The translations under genes and the position numbers were made by a program. A stretch of DNA of 64,000 nucleotides. Source: an uncultured Acidobacteriota bacterium (GTDB lineage: Bacteria > Acidobacteriota > Thermoanaerobaculia > Multivoradales > SZUA-115). The notes beneath the pieces were generated by a model, which searched no databases, was not told the origin of the DNA, and saw only the letters and a list, made by a program, of their open reading frames with translations. This document shows, piece after piece, positions 9,646 through 19,710 of this stretch; the stretch's first letter is position 1, and every line of letters begins with the position of its first letter. Location: assembly GCA_963805975.1 (NCBI GenBank), contig CAWDVR010000001.1, positions 128,001-192,000 on the forward strand, written 5' to 3'.

Positions 9646-12282
9646 CTACTCGTCTCGCAGCGCCGCGGTGGGGTCCACGGCGAGGGCGCGGAAGAGCGGC
9701 GCCAGGTGCGCCACCAGGCTGGCGAGCGCCAGCAGCAGGGCGATGCCGGCGTAGGTGCTCGGGTCGTTGGCTGGCACCTGGTAGAGGAGCTTGCCGAGAA
9801 GGCCGCTCAACCCCAAAGCGGCAACCCAGCCGAGAGCGAGGCCGGAGCCGAGCAGCAGCAGGCCCGGCTGGAGCACCCGCCGCGCCACGTCCCAGCGCAG
9901 GGCGCCGAGCGCGATCCGCACGCCCAGCTCCTGGCGCTGGCTCTCGACCAGGTAGGCGATCAACCCGTAGAGCCCGACCGCGGCGAGGAGCAGGCCGATC
10001 AGCGCGAAGACGCCGAGCAGGGCCAGGGTGAAGCGCTCCCGGCCGGCGGTGGTCCTCGCCAGCTCCTCGAGGGTCGAGACCGCGGTGACGGGCACGCCCG
10101 GAGCGGCCTCGGCGATCTGGCGACGGATGGCCGGGGTGAGCGAGGCCGGGGGCACGCTGGTGCGGACCACCAGGGTCACGAAGCGGTCGGTCCGCTGGGT
10201 CTGGGGCATGTACATCTGAGGAGTGAAGGGGGCCGAGAGCGCTTCGTGTCGCACGTCCCCCACCACGCCGACCACGGTGCGCCAGGGCTCCCCTTCGCCA
10301 CCGAACCGGATGCGCCTGCCGAGCGGGTCCTCCTTGGCAAACAGCGTGGCCACGGCGGTCTCGCCCAGCAGCAGCACCGGCTCCGTGCCCGCCCGGTCGC
10401 TCGTGGAGAGCAGCCGGCCACGGCGAAGCGGCAGTCGCAGGGCTGCGAAGTACCCCGGGGTGACGCCATAGCGCTGCAGGTCGACCTCGTCCTTCGCTTC
10501 CCGCGCCTCCCGCCCCTCGACCTCCGAGCCCCAGGTGTCGAAGTCGCCGCTCATCGGCACCTGGCCGCTCAGGGCGGCCACCTCGACGCCGGGCAAGCCA
10601 CCCACTCGGGCGAGGAGGTCCTCCATCGCCTGCACGGTCGGAGCGTCCTCTTCGTAGCGCGAGCCGACGAAAGAGAGCCGGAGCGACAGCACGCCCCGGG
10701 GCTCGAAGCCGGGGTCGGTCCGCAGCAGCCGGCCGACGCTCTCGAGCATCAGGCCGGCTCCCACCAGGAGCACGAAGGCGAGCGCGATGTTCGCCACCAC
10801 CAGCAGTCGGCGCGCCCGGGTCTCCCGTCCGCCCCCGGCCACCCGTGCACCCCTGGCCAGGGCGGCGCTGCCGCTCCGCGCCAGACCCAGCGCCGGGGCG
10901 AGCCCGAAGGCAAGGCCGCTCACCATCACCACCAGCAGAGCGAAGGCGAGCACCCGGAGGTCGAGCGCCGCGTGCTCCATCTTGGGCAGCAGGCTGGGGG
11001 AGTAGCGGATCACGGCCTGCAGACCGGCCGCCGCCAGGACCAGTCCCAGGCCGCCTCCGAGCGCGCCCAGGAGCGCGCTCTCGGTCAGGAGCTGGCGCAC
11101 CAGCCTGCCGCGGCCGGCGCCGAGCGCCGAGCGGACGGCGACCTCGCGCTGCCGCTTGGCGGCGCGGGCGAGGAGCAGGCTCGCGACGTTGGCGCAGACG
11201 ATGAGCAGCAGGCAGCAGACCGCACCGAAGAGCACCAGAAGCGCCGGCCTCGCGGCGCCGACCAGCACCTCCTCGACCGGCATGACCGCGATCCGGCTGC
11301 TGTCGTAGTCACGGGGATAGGCGGCTCGCAGGCGGCCCTGGATCGCCTCGAGATCGCCGCGCGCCAGGTCGGGACCCACGCCCTCCCTGAGCCGCGCCAG
11401 GACCTTCAGATGCTGGCAGCTCCGGCAGGCCCAGGGCTGCGACACCTCGTACCCGAGCGGCGACAGCACGTCCGGAGCCCCATAGTTGGCGAAGAGCACG
11501 TCATCGAAGGCGCGGGGCAGCACCCCGACCACTTCGAAGGGCCGGCCCGTCAGATCGATCGAGCGGCCGATGATGCCGGGGTCGGCGCCGAAGCGCCGTC
11601 GCCACAGCCGATCGGAGAGGATCACCACGTAGCGGCGGTCGGGATGGTCCTCCGCGGGCTCGAAGTCCCGCCCCAGGGCCGGCGCCACGCCAAGGGTGGC
11701 GAGGAAGGTCGAGGTCACGCGCCAGCCCTGGAGCTGTTCGGTCTCCTCGCGGGTCAGCGCGGGGCTCCAGTCGCGAAGGATCGCCAGGTTCTCGAACGAG
11801 TGGTTCTGCTCACGCCAGTCGAGGTAGGTGGAATAGCCCGTGTTGCTGGGGAGGCCCGTGTCGCCGGGCTCGCCGGCCATCACCAGCCGCGCCGGGTCGG
11901 CGTAGGGAAGGGGCCTGAGCAGAACCGCGTCGACCAGCGAGAAGGTGGTCGTGGTCGCCGCCACGCCCAGCGCCACGGTCGCCACCGCCACCGTGCTGAA
12001 ACCGGGCGCCCGGCGGAGCAGCCGCGCCGCGAGCCGGAGATCCTGGCCCAGCCCCTGCCAGGGTGCTGCCCGTGGCCGCTTCACCACCGGCGCCCGCCGC
12101 CAGCAGGCGGCACCGGAAGCCAGGGCCTGCCACCAGTACCACCGTGCCAGAGAGGCGTGGCCCCGGCCGGCCACACGCTGCGCCTCGAGCTCTTCCTCGA
12201 GGTCGCCGAGGATCACCTCGCGCGCCACGGGGTCTCGAACCAGGACTTGGAGCAGCCAGCGGGGAAAGCGCGGTGCACTCAT
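9646..12282 (-). CDS. ADOP-type duplicated MacB/FtsX-like ABC permease
   Basis: QDLRLAARLLRRAPGF, RPLPY.DP.RLV, LLIVCANVASLLLAR, ELGVRIALGA, DPTAALRDE; no ATPase gene adjacent. Confidence 0.92.
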   Translation of the reverse strand: MSAPRFPRWLLQVLVRDPVAREVILGDLEEELEAQRVAGRGHASLARWYWWQALASGAACWRRAPVVKRPRAAPWQGLGQDLRLAARLLRRAPGFSTVAVATVALGVAATTTTFSLVDAVLLRPLPYADPARLVMAGEPGDTGLPSNTGYSTYLDWREQNHSFENLAILRDWSPALTREETEQLQGWRVTSTFLATLGVAPALGRDFEPAEDHPDRRYVVILSDRLWRRRFGADPGIIGRSIDLTGRPFEVVGVLPRAFDDVLFANYGAPDVLSPLGYEVSQPWACRSCQHLKVLARLREGVGPDLARGDLEAIQGRLRAAYPRDYDSSRIAVMPVEEVLVGAARPALLVLFGAVCCLLLIVCANVASLLLARAAKRQREVAVRSALGAGRGRLVRQLLTESALLGALGGGLGLVLAAAGLQAVIRYSPSLLPKMEHAALDLRVLAFALLVVMVSGLAFGLAPALGLARSGSAALARGARVAGGGRETRARRLLVVANIALAFVLLVGAGLMLESVGRLLRTDPGFEPRGVLSLRLSFVGSRYEEDAPTVQAMEDLLARVGGLPGVEVAALSGQVPMSGDFDTWGSEVEGREAREAKDEVDLQRYGVTPGYFAALRLPLRRGRLLSTSDRAGTEPVLLLGETAVATLFAKEDPLGRRIRFGGEGEPWRTVVGVVGDVRHEALSAPFTPQMYMPQTQRTDRFVTLVVRTSVPPASLTPAIRRQIAEAAPGVPVTAVSTLEELARTTAGRERFTLALLGVFALIGLLLAAVGLYGLIAYLVESQRQELGVRIALGALRWDVARRVLQPGLLLLGSGLALGWVAALGLSGLLGKLLYQVPANDPSTYAGIALLLALASLVAHLAPLFRALAVDPTAALRDE

Positions 12283-12602
12283 GACAGGCGGAACCTCGCT
12301 TCCATGCCTTGCGCCATGCGGCGCAGCTCCTCGAACGAGCTCCCGAGAACCCGCTCGCCCGCCAGTTGCAGCCGGTAGACACGCTTGCGCCGGCCGCCGC
12401 GCACGGGCGTGGGGTCGGTCAGCTCGGAGCGCACCAGACCACGTGACTCGAGCCGCTCGAGCGAAGTGTAGATGGCGCCGGCGGATACCTGGCGGCCCGT
12501 GCGCTCCTCGATCTCGCGGCGGATGGTCACACCGTAGGCGTCGGCGAGCTGCGCCACGGCGAGCAGGATCAGCTTCTCGAAATGCCCTACGGCCTCCGCC
12601 AT
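12279..12602 (-). CDS. PadR-family transcriptional regulator (ADOP-associated)
   Basis: AYGVTIRREIEERTGR.VS.GAIYTSLERLE..G; ATGA overlap with the permease. Confidence 0.92.
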   Translation of the reverse strand: MAEAVGHFEKLILLAVAQLADAYGVTIRREIEERTGRQVSAGAIYTSLERLESRGLVRSELTDPTPVRGGRRKRVYRLQLAGERVLGSSFEELRRMAQGMEARFRLS

Positions 12603-12608
12603 GCGGGC

Positions 12609-12627
12609 ATTATAACTACGCTGTGGT
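12609..12627 (-). promoter_or_regulatory. -10 (TATAAT) 6 nt upstream of the padR ATG, with an adjacent imperfect palindrome ACTACGCTGTGGT (candidate PadR operator)
   Basis: Minus strand reads ...accacagcgtagtTATAATgcccgcATG. Confidence 0.55.
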
Positions 12628-12666
12628 TCAAATGGGACAATTGTTTCGAGAAAGGCGTGGAGGGCA

Positions 12667-12770
12667 GATGGATTCCCGCTTTCGCGGGAATGACGGCCCG
12701 AATACTCCTACCGGTTCTCAAGCTGCCTGCTCGACCGGCCTCGTCATTCCCGCGGAAGCGGGAATCCATC
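12667..12770. repeat. REP-like inverted pair GTCATTCCCGCG(A/G)AAGCGGGAATCCAT (family B, dRS3/RPE-like)
   Basis: Arms 12667-12695 and 12742-12770 are reverse complements with one mismatch; each arm is itself palindromic (ATTCCC..GGGAAT). Confidence 0.85.
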
Positions 12771-13523
12771 CGTGCGCTCCAGCGCGGCGCGGTCCATCCA
12801 CCAGATCAGCTCGCCCTCCTCCGGGCGCACGCCCTGAGCGGGGAGAGTCTCCGGCGTGGGCTCGTCGTAGAGCACCCGTCGGAGCGTGAGAGCTTTGTCC
12901 GCCCCGGCGACCAGGAAGATCACGCAGGCGGCGCGATTGAGCACCGGAAAAGTGAGGGTGATGCGGTGGGTGCCCAGTTTGGGTATCCAGTTGGAGACCG
13001 CCAAGCGCTCCCGCTCGGTGAGCGCGGCCGTGCCGGGGAAGAGCGAGGCGGTGTGGCCGTCGATGCCGAGGCCGAGGAGGACGAGGTCGAAGCGAGGGAC
13101 CTCGCCGGCGCGAAGTGCGAAAGCCCGGCGCAGCTCGCTCTCGTACTCTGCCGCTGCCTTCTCCGGCGCCAGCTCGCCGCGGATGCGGTGGACGCGATCC
13201 ACCGGAACATCGAGGCGCGCGAGCAGCTCCTCGTCGGCCGCGCGGAAATTGCTCTCCGGATGATCGGGCGGCACGCAACGCTCGTCGCCCCAGAACCAGT
13301 CGATGCTCGCCCAGGGGATCGTCGGGTCGGCGGCCGAGAGCGCGAGCTGCCGGAAGAGGGCGAGCGGAGTCGAGCCGCCGGAGAGCGCCACGCGAAAGGT
13401 GCCGCGCGCTTCGACGGCCTGCCGCGCGCGACGGAGGAATTCTTCCGCCGCCTGCACGGCGAGGGCCGCAGGGTCGGCGGCGACGCGCAGCTCACCGAGG
13501 CGCGGTTCGAGGTAGGTCCCCAT
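12744..13523 (-). CDS. pgl: 6-phosphogluconolactonase
   Basis: ALSGGSTP, WGDERCVPPDHPESNF, LGLGIDGHTASLFPG, RITLTFP. Confidence 0.95.
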   Translation of the reverse strand: MGTYLEPRLGELRVAADPAALAVQAAEEFLRRARQAVEARGTFRVALSGGSTPLALFRQLALSAADPTIPWASIDWFWGDERCVPPDHPESNFRAADEELLARLDVPVDRVHRIRGELAPEKAAAEYESELRRAFALRAGEVPRFDLVLLGLGIDGHTASLFPGTAALTERERLAVSNWIPKLGTHRITLTFPVLNRAACVIFLVAGADKALTLRRVLYDEPTPETLPAQGVRPEEGELIWWMDRAALERTDGFPLPRE

Positions 13524-13524
13524 G

Positions 13525-13611
13525 CCCTGTCATCCTGAGCGCAGCGAAGGATCCCGGGAGTGCGACGGTACCCCTGGCTCGAGATCCTTCGCTGCGCTCA
13601 GGATGACAGGG
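13525..13611. repeat. REP-like inverted pair GTCATCCTGAGCGCAGCGAAGGATC (family A) overlapping the glk 3' end
   Basis: Arms 13525-13553 and 13583-13611 are perfect reverse complements; the same unit occurs at 21703-21822 and 46834-46859. Confidence 0.9.
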
Positions 13612-14594
13612 CTCAGCTCGCCGACCGCGTAGGTCGCAGCGCCCAGGAGCCCCGCGCCTTCGTCGAGGATCACCGTCACCGGCATGGCTTCGAGCACCGG
13701 CCGCATCCGGCCCTTGGCGCGGAAGGCTTCGAGAAAGTCGGGCGCGCGCAGACGCAGGAGGATCTTGGGCGGGATGCCGCCGCCCAGGTAGACGCCGGCG
13801 GTGGCCATGGTCTTGAGCGCCAGATTGCCCGCCTCGGCGCCGAGGCCGCGCACGAAGAGGTCGAGGGCGTCGACAGCGATCTCGTCGCGGCCCCCCAGCG
13901 CGGCCCGAGAGATCGCCGCCGCGGGGTCGCCGGCCGCCATCTCCTCGGCCAGCCAGGCGGGCACGGGCGCCCGGCGATGGGCACACAGGAACTCGTGGAT
14001 GGAAGCGAGGCCCGGGCCGGAGACCACCCGCTCCCAGCTCACGTGGCTATGGCGTCGGGCGAGGTGGCGGAGCAGCTCGATCTCGACCTCGCCTTGCGGC
14101 GCAAAGCTCGCGTGCCCGCCCTCGGTGGCGAAGGGCCGCCGATGCCGACCGTCCCAGGCGAGACCTGCCTCGCCCAGGCCGGTGCCGGCGGCGATCAGCG
14201 CCGCATTGCCGTCGGCCGAGGGATCGCCGGGCGAGAGCACCGCCAGGCTCGAGGCAGGCAGCTCGTCGATGGCCCAGGCGAAAGCCTCGAGGTCGTTGAG
14301 CAGGGCGATATGTGGGATGTCGAGGGCAGCGGCGAGCTCCGCGGCATCGACCACCCAGGGCAGGTTGGTCGCCTGGCAGCGGCCGTGGCGAACCGGCCCG
14401 GCGACGCCGAAGCAGGCGGCGGCAGGCCGGGTGGTCTCGCCCGCGAGAAAGCTCTCGACCAGCTCCAGGAAGCCGGCGTGCTCGCGGCTCGGGAAGACCT
14501 TCTCTCGCAGGAGGGCCGGCCGGCCGGTCCGGGTCTCGAAGAGTGCCAGCCGCGTGTGGGTGCCGCCGACATCGCCGGCGAGGACGGCGGTCAT
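13530..14594 (-). CDS. glk: Glucokinase (with repeat-derived C-terminal extension)
   Basis: LAGDVGGT, TNLPW, LLNDLEA, GTGLGEA, TEGGH, GVYLGGGI. Confidence 0.95.
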   Translation of the reverse strand: MTAVLAGDVGGTHTRLALFETRTGRPALLREKVFPSREHAGFLELVESFLAGETTRPAAACFGVAGPVRHGRCQATNLPWVVDAAELAAALDIPHIALLNDLEAFAWAIDELPASSLAVLSPGDPSADGNAALIAAGTGLGEAGLAWDGRHRRPFATEGGHASFAPQGEVEIELLRHLARRHSHVSWERVVSGPGLASIHEFLCAHRRAPVPAWLAEEMAAGDPAAAISRAALGGRDEIAVDALDLFVRGLGAEAGNLALKTMATAGVYLGGGIPPKILLRLRAPDFLEAFRAKGRMRPVLEAMPVTVILDEGAGLLGAATYAVGELSPVILSAAKDLEPGVPSHSRDPSLRSG

Positions 14595-14604
14595 CGGGCT
14601 CCGG

Positions 14605-16137
14605 TCACGGGCCGCTGGCCCAGCGCCGCCCGTCCTGGGTCATCAGTCTCTCGGCTTCGGCCGGGCCCCAGGTGCCGGAGTCGTAGTTGGGAAAGCTGCG
14701 CGGCGGCAGCGCCTGCCACAGGTCGAGGATGGGCGCCACCACGCTCCAGGCGGCCTCCACGTTGTCGGCGCGCTGGAAGAGCGTGGCATCCCCCTTCATG
14801 CAGTCGTAGAGCAGGGTCTCGTAGCCGGTGGCGGGGGAGGAGCCGAACTGCTCGGCGTAGGAAAAATCCATATTGACGCTGCCCATGCGAAGCACCGGGC
14901 CGGGCACCTTGGCGCTGAAGGTGAGCGAGATCCCTTCCTCCGGCTGCACGCGGATCACCAGGCGGTTGGCCTCCAGGTGCTCGACCGGCGTCTCCCGGAA
15001 CAGCATGAAGGGCGGGCGCCTGAACTGCACCACGATCTCCGTCACCCGGGCCGCCATGCGCTTGCCGGTGCGCAGGTAGAAGGGCACGCCGGCCCAGCGC
15101 CAACTGTCGATCAGCAGCTTGAGGGCGACGAAGGTCTCGGTGCGCGACTCGGGCTCGACGCCGGGCTCCTCGCGGTAAGCGGGCACCGCCTCGCCGTCCG
15201 GCATGGTGCCGGCCCCGTACTGGCCACGCACGGTGCGCGTCAGCACCTCCTCCGGGGTCGGCGGCTGGATGGCCTGGAGGGCCTTGGCCTTCTCGTTGCG
15301 CACCGCGTCCGCGGCGAAGGAGTTGGGCGGCTCCATGGCGACCAGCGCCAACAGCTGGAAGAGGTGGTTGGGCACCATGTCGCGCAGTGCGCCGGCCTCT
15401 TCGTAGTAGCCGCCCCGGTGCTCGACGCCCAGCTCCTCGGCAACGGTGATCTGCACGTGGTCGACGTAGCGCCGGTTCCAGATCGGCTCGAAGATGCCGT
15501 TGGCGAAGCGGAAGACGAGCAGGTTCTGCACCGTCTCTTTGCCCAGATAGTGGTCGATGCGGTAGATCTGCTTCTCGGAGAGCACGGTGCGCAGGTCACG
15601 GTTCAGGGCCTCGGCGGACTCGAGGTCGCGACCGAACGGCTTCTCGATCACCACCCGGCGCCAGTTGCCCTCTTCCTGGGCGGCGAGACCGTTCGCGCCG
15701 AGCTGCTCGACGATGGGGCCGAAGAACTTGGGCGGCACGGCCAGGTAGTGGAGGAAGTTCCCCTCGGTGCGGTGGGCCTGGTCGATGCGCTCGATCTCCG
15801 CCTTCAGCCGGTCGAAGGACTCGGTCGAGCGGAAGTCGCCCTGCACGTAGTAGAGGCGCGGCTCCAGCCACTGCCACACGGCCTCGTCGAAGTCCTCGGG
15901 CACGTGCTTGCGGAGCTCTTCGCCCAGCACGGCGCGATAGGCGGTGTGGTCGAGCTCGCGGGCGGCGAAGGCGATGACGGCGAAGCTCTCGGGCAGCAGA
16001 TCGTCACGGCGCAGGTTGTAGAGGGCCGGGATCAGTTTTCTCTGGGTCAGGTCGCCGGAGCCGCCGAAGATCACCATCAGGCAGGGGCCGGCCGCCTTGG
16101 CGAGGGGCTCGTGAGCGTGGGCGTGCGAGTCGGTCAT
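14605..16137 (-). CDS. zwf: Glucose-6-phosphate dehydrogenase
   Basis: [36 protein letters not shown]. Confidence 0.98.
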   Translation of the reverse strand: MTDSHAHAHEPLAKAAGPCLMVIFGGSGDLTQRKLIPALYNLRRDDLLPESFAVIAFAARELDHTAYRAVLGEELRKHVPEDFDEAVWQWLEPRLYYVQGDFRSTESFDRLKAEIERIDQAHRTEGNFLHYLAVPPKFFGPIVEQLGANGLAAQEEGNWRRVVIEKPFGRDLESAEALNRDLRTVLSEKQIYRIDHYLGKETVQNLLVFRFANGIFEPIWNRRYVDHVQITVAEELGVEHRGGYYEEAGALRDMVPNHLFQLLALVAMEPPNSFAADAVRNEKAKALQAIQPPTPEEVLTRTVRGQYGAGTMPDGEAVPAYREEPGVEPESRTETFVALKLLIDSWRWAGVPFYLRTGKRMAARVTEIVVQFRRPPFMLFRETPVEHLEANRLVIRVQPEEGISLTFSAKVPGPVLRMGSVNMDFSYAEQFGSSPATGYETLLYDCMKGDATLFQRADNVEAAWSVVAPILDLWQALPPRSFPNYDSGTWGPAEAERLMTQDGRRWASGP

Positions 16138-16161
16138 GGGGGAGCGATCCTATCGCGGCCC

Positions 16162-17139
16162 TCACCCCACCTTCTCGACGTGCCCCCCGAACTGCTGGCG
16201 TAGGGCGGAAAGCAGCTTGTCCCCGAAGGTTGCGTCCTGGCGCGAGCGGAAGCGCGCGAAGAGGGCCGTGGCGAGCACGTCGGCGGGCACCGCGTTCTCG
16301 AGCGCCGTGGCCACCGTCCAGCGGCCCTCGCCCGAGTCCTCCACCGAGCCGGTGAACGCGGCCAGCGTCTCGTCCTCGGCGAGGGCGATGGCGGCGAGGT
16401 CGAGCAGCCAGGAGCCCACCACGCTGCCGCGCCGCCAGAGCTCGGCGACGTCGGCGAGCGGCAGCTCGTAGCGCTGCGCCTCGGGGGTGGTGTCACGGCC
16501 GGCCGAGGCCAGGAGATCGAAGCCCTCGGCGTAGGCCTGCATCAGCCCGTACTCGATGCCGTTGTGAACCATCTTGACGAAATGGCCGGCGCCGGCCGGA
16601 CCGCAGTAGAGGTAGCCCTGGTCCGCGGTCGAGGCGCGGGCTTCACGCCCGGGCGTCTCCGCCGCGGCGGATCGCCCAGGGGCGAGGGTCTGGAAGATCG
16701 GCTCGAGGCGGCGGTACGCGGCCTCATCGCCGCCGATCATCAAGCAGTAGCCGCGCTCGCGGCCCCACACGCCGCCGCTGGTGCCGACGTCGAGGTACGC
16801 CAGGCTCCTGCCGGCGAGCGCCTTGGCGCGCCGCACGTCGTCCTTGAAGTAGGAGTTGCCGCCGTCGAGGATGGCGTCGCCGGGGGAGAGCACCGCCGCC
16901 AGCGCCTCGACGGTCTTTTCGGTCGGAGGCCCGGCCGGCACCATGCACCAGACGGCGCGCGGCGCCGCGAGCCGGGCGGCGAATTCGGCCGGCGAGCCGG
17001 CGCCCACCGCACCCTCGGCGACCAGCGCTTCCACGGCCGCCGGGTCGAGGTCGTAGACCACGCACTCGTGCCCGCCCTCGAGCAGGCGCCGCACCAGGTT
17101 CGCGCCCATCCGTCCCAGGCCCACCATTCCGAGTTGCAT
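16162..17139 (-). CDS. gnd: 6-phosphogluconate dehydrogenase, decarboxylating (short type)
   Basis: [36 protein letters not shown]; start chosen at ATG after GGAGG. Confidence 0.95.
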   Translation of the reverse strand: MQLGMVGLGRMGANLVRRLLEGGHECVVYDLDPAAVEALVAEGAVGAGSPAEFAARLAAPRAVWCMVPAGPPTEKTVEALAAVLSPGDAILDGGNSYFKDDVRRAKALAGRSLAYLDVGTSGGVWGRERGYCLMIGGDEAAYRRLEPIFQTLAPGRSAAAETPGREARASTADQGYLYCGPAGAGHFVKMVHNGIEYGLMQAYAEGFDLLASAGRDTTPEAQRYELPLADVAELWRRGSVVGSWLLDLAAIALAEDETLAAFTGSVEDSGEGRWTVATALENAVPADVLATALFARFRSRQDATFGDKLLSALRQQFGGHVEKVG

Positions 17140-17234
17140 CCTCGCCTCCGTCTTGGTCACGCCCCGACCGCGAGCACCCGGGGGTTCGATGATACGCGTG
17201 CTAGGCTGGCGGCGCCTCCCCTGGAGATCCCTTC

Positions 17235-17993
17235 GTGACCGCTGAGCCGGCCCAGCCCTCTCGCCCGCGGTTCCAGAACCTGGACGGCCGCCAGCTCGCT
17301 GGCCTGGCCGCGATCTTCGTCGTGGTCTGGCTGTTGTGGGACACCTGGTGGGTGTACCCGCTCAAGATGCTGGTGGTGCTCTTCCACGAGATGTCGCACG
17401 GTCTGGCGGCGATCGCCACCGGCGGCTCGATCGCCGGCATCGAGCTGGTGGCGCGCGAGGGCGGCCTCTGCCGCACGATCGGCGGCAACCGCTTTCTCAC
17501 GCTCTCGGCGGGCTACCTCGGCAGCCTGGTCTGGGGCGGCCTGCTCCTGATCGCAGCCGCCCGCAGCCGGATCGACCAGGCGGTCACGGCGATCCTCGGT
17601 TCGCTCCTGCTGCTGGTGGCGCTGGTCTGGGTGCGGCCCCTCGTCAGCTTCGGCTTCGCCTTCTCGCTCGTCGCCGGAGCCCTCTTGCTCCTCGCCGGCT
17701 CGAAGGCGCCGGAGCGCTTCAACGACTACCTGCTCAAGGTCATCGGCTTGACCAGCATGCTCTACGCCGTGCTCGACATCAAGGACGACATCCTCGCTCG
17801 CCCGCACCTCCTCGAGTCCGACGCCGCTCAGCTCGCCGACCGAACCGGCGTTCCCACCCTCGTCTGGGGAGTGCTCTGGATGGGGATCGCGATCGTCGCC
17901 GCGCTCTCCCTGCTCGCCGTGGCCGGGCGCAAGGGGGGCCGGCGGGAGGTGTCCGGTCCCCACATGCCCGGGAAGCCCCCCGCTCTCTCCTAG
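17235..17993 (+). CDS. M50B-like membrane metallopeptidase
   Basis: HEMSH (HExxH), SAGYLG, SDA motifs; multiple TM segments. Confidence 0.85.
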   Translation: MTAEPAQPSRPRFQNLDGRQLAGLAAIFVVVWLLWDTWWVYPLKMLVVLFHEMSHGLAAIATGGSIAGIELVAREGGLCRTIGGNRFLTLSAGYLGSLVWGGLLLIAAARSRIDQAVTAILGSLLLLVALVWVRPLVSFGFAFSLVAGALLLLAGSKAPERFNDYLLKVIGLTSMLYAVLDIKDDILARPHLLESDAAQLADRTGVPTLVWGVLWMGIAIVAALSLLAVAGRKGGRREVSGPHMPGKPPALS

Positions 17994-18024
17994 GCCTGCC
18001 TCTCCTAGGACCTGTCTCTCCTAG
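17985..18024. repeat. Three tandem CTCTCCTAG units between convergent genes
   Basis: CTCTCCTAG at 17985, 18000 and 18016. Confidence 0.7.
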
Positions 18025-19673
18025 AATCTACCGCGCCAGGTCAGCCGCACGCTCCTCGCGGGCAGCCGGTAGTACTGCGCGTCGCCGAACTCGCTCTCCG
18101 CCACCGGCGGTCGCTCGTCGGAGAGGTTCAGCCCCTCGATCCGCAGCTCACCCACGGCGAAGCGGTAGCCGATCCCGGCCGACCACGTGGTGTAGGAGGG
18201 AGAGAGGGCCGTGTTGCGCTCGGGGCCGAAGTCGATGGCCGAGGGTTTGAAGGTGTCGCGGTAGTCCGCGAACACCCAGAGCCCGGAGTCTTCCTGGCTC
18301 CACAGCAGGTAGCTCGCGCCCAGGACACCGCTTCCCTGGGTGGTGGTCCGCGAGGCCTCGCCTCCCTCTTCCTCCTCGTCGCCGGGCTCCTCGCCCACCG
18401 GCTCGGCCTCGGCCTCGCGCTTCTCCTCGGCGCGGTTGGCACGCAGGCCGACCTCGACCTTGAAGCGAGGGGTCGGGTCCCACTCGAGCTGTGCGAAAAG
18501 GCCGCTGAAGTTGCGCTCGTCCTCGGTGCCGGTCTCCTCGAGCCGTCCGAGGCCGGAGCTCGTGGGCGCACCATGGCCGTCGAGCGGCACGAAGTAGTCG
18601 AAGATCTCGCTCTCGACCTCGCCCTTGCCGGCCAGGTGGTCGAAGCCCGTCACGAGCTGCAACTCCTCGGTGAGCTTCTTCGACCAGTGGCTCTCGAAGT
18701 AGACATCGTCGACCGACAGCTCCTGCTCGAAGCCGCGCGCGTTGGGCGCCGCGTTGGAGGTGGCGGTCAGGAAGCCGCGGATCACATCGCGCTCGGTGTG
18801 GGTGTAGGCGAGGGTGGTCGACCACGCGCCGCCGCCCAGCTCGCGGTCGTAGCCGCCCACCAGGTGATAGCGGTCCTCGTCGATCTTGGCGTCGCTGGGG
18901 TTGTGGTTGGAGTCGAGCGGTACCAGGGCCGAGAGCCCCGGGCCCTGGCGCGGATGGGGGCTCGCCGGGCTTTGGACCAGGACGGTGGCGGCGAGGTCGA
19001 AGTGGAGCCTGCCGCCGCCGGCGTCGGCCTCACCGCGATAGAGGAGCTGGGCGCGGTCGAAGTCGGTGCGGTCGTCCTTGAAGCCCTGTTTCTGATAGCC
19101 GGCCTGGATCGACTGCCGGTAGTTGCCGGCCGACGGCAGCGGGGTGGCAACCGAGACGCCGCCGCTCGAGTGCGAGCCGCCGGAGACTGAATAGGTGCCC
19201 TCACCCGCACCCGCCTCGCGATGGAGGACGTGGATCACGCCCACGAACGAGGTGGCTCCGTACATCACCGGCGCCGGGCCGCGCAGCACCTCGATGCGCT
19301 CGACGCCGTTGAGGTCGAGGCTGGTCAAGGCCGGGTTGAAAGCGCCGCCCCAGGGCACGCCGTCCACCACCAGCAGGAAGGCATCGAACTCTTTGAGGCC
19401 CCACAGCTCGGGCACCGAGCCGGCGGGGCCACCGTCGCCGCCCGGCACGGCGGAGACGCCGGCGACGAGAGTCAGGGCCTCGGTCAGATCGGTGATACCA
19501 CGCGCGGCGAGCTCCTCGCCCGAGATGACGGTGATCGAGGAGGGTTGAGGCTCGACGTCCTCCGGCAGGCGGGTGGCCGTGACCTGGATCGTCTCCGAGG
19601 CCGTGATCGTGGAGTCGTCGTCGGCGAGCGCGGGGCTGCACGAGATCCGGAATCGGCGGAGCGGCGCCGTCAC
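18021..19673 (-). CDS. TonB-dependent receptor, probably internally deleted or degenerate
   Basis: TonB box ETIQVTATR, plug ERIEVLRGPAPVMYG, C-terminal F; only about 550 aa, weak signal peptide, abrupt GPE|RNT junction. Confidence 0.75.
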   Translation of the reverse strand: MTAPLRRFRISCSPALADDDSTITASETIQVTATRLPEDVEPQPSSITVISGEELAARGITDLTEALTLVAGVSAVPGGDGGPAGSVPELWGLKEFDAFLLVVDGVPWGGAFNPALTSLDLNGVERIEVLRGPAPVMYGATSFVGVIHVLHREAGAGEGTYSVSGGSHSSGGVSVATPLPSAGNYRQSIQAGYQKQGFKDDRTDFDRAQLLYRGEADAGGGRLHFDLAATVLVQSPASPHPRQGPGLSALVPLDSNHNPSDAKIDEDRYHLVGGYDRELGGGAWSTTLAYTHTERDVIRGFLTATSNAAPNARGFEQELSVDDVYFESHWSKKLTEELQLVTGFDHLAGKGEVESEIFDYFVPLDGHGAPTSSGLGRLEETGTEDERNFSGLFAQLEWDPTPRFKVEVGLRANRAEEKREAEAEPVGEEPGDEEEEGGEASRTTTQGSGVLGASYLLWSQEDSGLWVFADYRDTFKPSAIDFGPERNTALSPSYTTWSAGIGYRFAVGELRIEGLNLSDERPPVAESEFGDAQYYRLPARSVRLTWRGRF

Positions 19674-19710
19674 CGCCTGTGGAGCGGCGGCGTGGCGCCC
19701 TGCCCGGACC

